64,000 bases of DNA, taken from the NCBI GenBank assembly GCA_964016885.1, contig OZ024743.1:193750001-193814000 (forward strand), in the 5' to 3' direction. The notes under the pieces were generated by a model that saw only the letters and a program-made list of their open reading frames with translations, was not told the origin of the DNA and did not search any database. This DNA is from Eledone cirrhosa. Taxonomy: Eukaryota. Positions within the stretch are counted from its first letter, which is position 1, and each line of letters opens with the position of its first letter. This document shows positions 61,154-64,000 of this stretch, one piece after another. A program made the position numbers and the translations under genes.

Positions 61154-61897
61154 GAGTCGCGGCCCGATGGCTGAGCTCTTGCCATTTCGGCATCAAGCTC
61201 CAGAGTCTGGAATTTGCTAGGAATATAAACCTTTTAGAAACGGAAAAATGTGAACAAGCGATGATGTCCATTGTTTCTATCTCTAGGGATTCGCTATGAT
61301 GAATTTAAACTTTAATGATGTATTTATACATGTGACAGATCCACCTGCTGGAAATGAACCTATACATCTATTATAGACCGGATAATTGCATCGACCACTA
61401 CATTAAGGAAACCTGACAGATTATCAACCTTAAATTTAGAGTATGTAAATGACTTGCTGGATAAAAGGCAATCGATGTACGTCCTGTCATAGAACATAAC
61501 GATCATTGGTACAGGGAGTTGTCATATAATCCTCGATGGACGTACCCACCTCATTGCTATAGAATACAACCCAGTCCCGCACTGGGCTTTTTATTTCCAT
61601 TTTGACTGAGAAGATCCCACAGTAAATATAATGTAATATAATATAAAGATGTTTTATGGTAAACTGAAACTTAAATGATGCATTTATACATTAGAAATAT
61701 GATAGAAATATCCACATATCCTTGAAATATTTACATCTATGTCGGATATCTAATACTAAGAGAAATATAAGATATAGAAACACATACTTTTGTAAAATAA
61801 CAAACTTAGACACCCGAAATTTTTGTAAACAAGCTTACTGGGAATATTACATAAAAATATCTTGCAAGAAAATACGCACGGATACATATGCAGATTT

Positions 61898-62045
<148 letters not shown>

Positions 62046-62914
62046 TTTTGTGTTTATCAACAGTTGTTGTCTGGTTGAAGAAAGATTATCAGAAATAATT
62101 TTTGAAGACATTCAGTTTTATAATCACGTCACAAATATTATAATTCCATGTCATTTTAAGGACTTATATTGAAAATGACAGAGTTAATCCTTTCATTAAT
62201 TCATTTGAAAACATCTGTGATAACATTGCAATTGACAAAGATCAAAATAACGTTTAAACCACGATGAACCAACATTCAGAATATTCTATTTAATAAATAT
62301 CTTTTCCAGTATTTGATTAATTCCAATGTAAATACAATATATAGTAGCACCAAAATATCATTTAGCTATTCTAACTGTATTGATTCTTTGGCTAACTAAT
62401 TAGCTGGACCTTCACCAAATTCTATGTAGACTTCTAATATATATTCTCTCTTCCACTTCATCTCAGATAACTAAATGATTAACAGTGACCAGGTTTTCCC
62501 CGTTCTGTACTTGCTCATCCCGCCAAAACTGCTAAGAGTTGTAATGCAGAAAATCTTTAAAATAGTTTATAAGATAAAAAAAAAATCTAAGTTCCAGCTA
62601 AACTTCAGCATATATAACCCCTACAACTGTTGAAAAGAATCAGCCATTATTTTCATCTGAGAGGCGTTCGTCTGCAAAGAAAAATTCTTTCAAGAAGTCA
62701 TCACGAGAGCAAAGAATATATTTGAGCTATGCAACACCCCTCCCTAATTGTACCAGGGATTTCTGGTTCCCTGCTCAAGGAATTTCTCCTAATCGTTTTG
62801 AATTTTACAATACGTTACTTACTTCTTTAACCCATATCTAAGTACAGTATCTATAGAAAGATTGCTGATCACATTGACTTTTTTTGTATAGAAAAAAACG
62901 AGACAAAAGACGTG

Positions 62915-63104
62915 TAATAATTGTTTCTACTTTAGGCACAAGGCCAGCAATTACCCAGTGCATTACTGGTACTTTATTTTATCGACCCCGTAAGGATGAA
63001 AGGCAAAGTCAACCTCGGCGGGATTTGAACTCAGATCGTAAAGGGACGTAACTATGCTGAAAAGCATGGTGTCTGACCCTCTACCGATACTGCCAATCCA
63101 CCGA
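62915..63104 (-). mobile_element. Full-length SINE family A
   Basis: Reverse complement of 11297-11488. Confidence 0.9.
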
Positions 63105-63329
63105 GGCAAAATTGTTTTATTTCTAAAAATTACAGAAAAGATACATAAAAAGCAGCACCACACACGTATACATGTACACGTGCAATTACACACTCGCATG
63201 AAGCGCATTCCAGATTGAATTTAAGTAAATACATTTTACTTGCCAGATGAACATATCCTACATAACCTACATCTAAATCATCCATCTAAACCTTTTTTGT
63301 ATTTTTTACTGCAACTACAAGGGTTCCTA

Positions 63330-63515
63330 CACCCTCACCACTACCATCATCATCGCAACAACGACGATGGCAATTACCACCACTACCACCAACAGCAACA
63401 ACACCTCTGCCACTACCAGCACCACCCCCACTGCACCAGCATCCCCACGCCGACGACGATTAAACACCCCCACCACCACCACCATCGCCGTTATCGTCGT
63501 CGTCGTCGATGTCGC

Positions 63516-63546
<31 letters not shown>

Positions 63547-63560
63547 GTCGTCACCATCAT
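63330..63560. repeat. Compound trinucleotide repeat (CAC/CAT/CGT/CAA)
   Basis: Low-complexity triplet runs. Confidence 0.85.
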
Positions 63561-63689
63561 TTACCCAAACTTACTCATTATATAGAAAATCTTTTTCAAA
63601 CGCCCTGTCCATCATTTTTTCCCTGAGCACTAACATAAAACAATTCAAATTAGTCGTCAGTCACGAATTAACCTCAGTGCATTATTTTT

Positions 63690-63852
63690 GTATGGTAGCA
63701 AATTGACAGTGTCTTTAGAATGTCGGATTGAATGCTCCGTGCTATTTGTTCCAGCTCTTTACGTTCTGAGTTCAAATCCCACCGAAGTCAAATTTACCTT
63801 TTATACTTTCTAGGTCAATAAATAAAATACCAGTCCGGTATTGGGGTCAATG
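63690..63852 (+). mobile_element. Diverged SINE family A
   Basis: B-box gagttcaaatccc, then ataaaataccag. Confidence 0.6.
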
Positions 63853-64000
63853 CCTGTTCTATATCTCTTTCTCACTTCCTCGCTTGCTCTCTCCCTGTCT
63901 TTTTCTTTGGAAGTATTCGGCTGTGTTCAGACATAGAGAGAGAGAGAGATGTGCTCCATCAGGTTTAAATGCTAGAAATATGCCGTATGTCGCTATAGTG

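Noticed and set aside
63240-63626. His-rich 128-aa ORF
   Set aside because: Product of compound CAC/CAT triplet repeats with a non-ATG start.

Overview
AT-rich animal genomic DNA, most likely an octopod cephalopod (inferred from kilobase (AT)n/(ATAC)n tracts, tRNA-headed SINEs and RTE LINEs with (GAT)n tails). I cannot identify any host protein-coding gene with confidence. Most listed ORFs are microsatellite artefacts. Real content: a full-length but disabled L1/Tx1-clade LINE flanked on both sides by (ATT)n (45277-51259); a 5'-truncated RTE LINE with a PHD-like zinc finger (29101-30991) plus several 3' ends; Rex3/Expander-like, BovB-like and R4/Dong-like fragments; two or three SINE families; hAT- and piggyBac-type MITEs; several fold-back palindromes; and a 200-N gap. 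The most striking hidden signal is a set of type I hammerhead ribozyme (HHR) motifs from at least four unrelated small repeat families lying in or beside AT tracts. The best case is a 1.05-kb retrozyme/Penelope-pLTR-like element (32549-33599). It has two near-identical ~460-bp direct repeats, each with a complete U3-A8-variant hammerhead, predicted to release a 591-nt RNA. All folds and coordinates were derived by eye and are untested.
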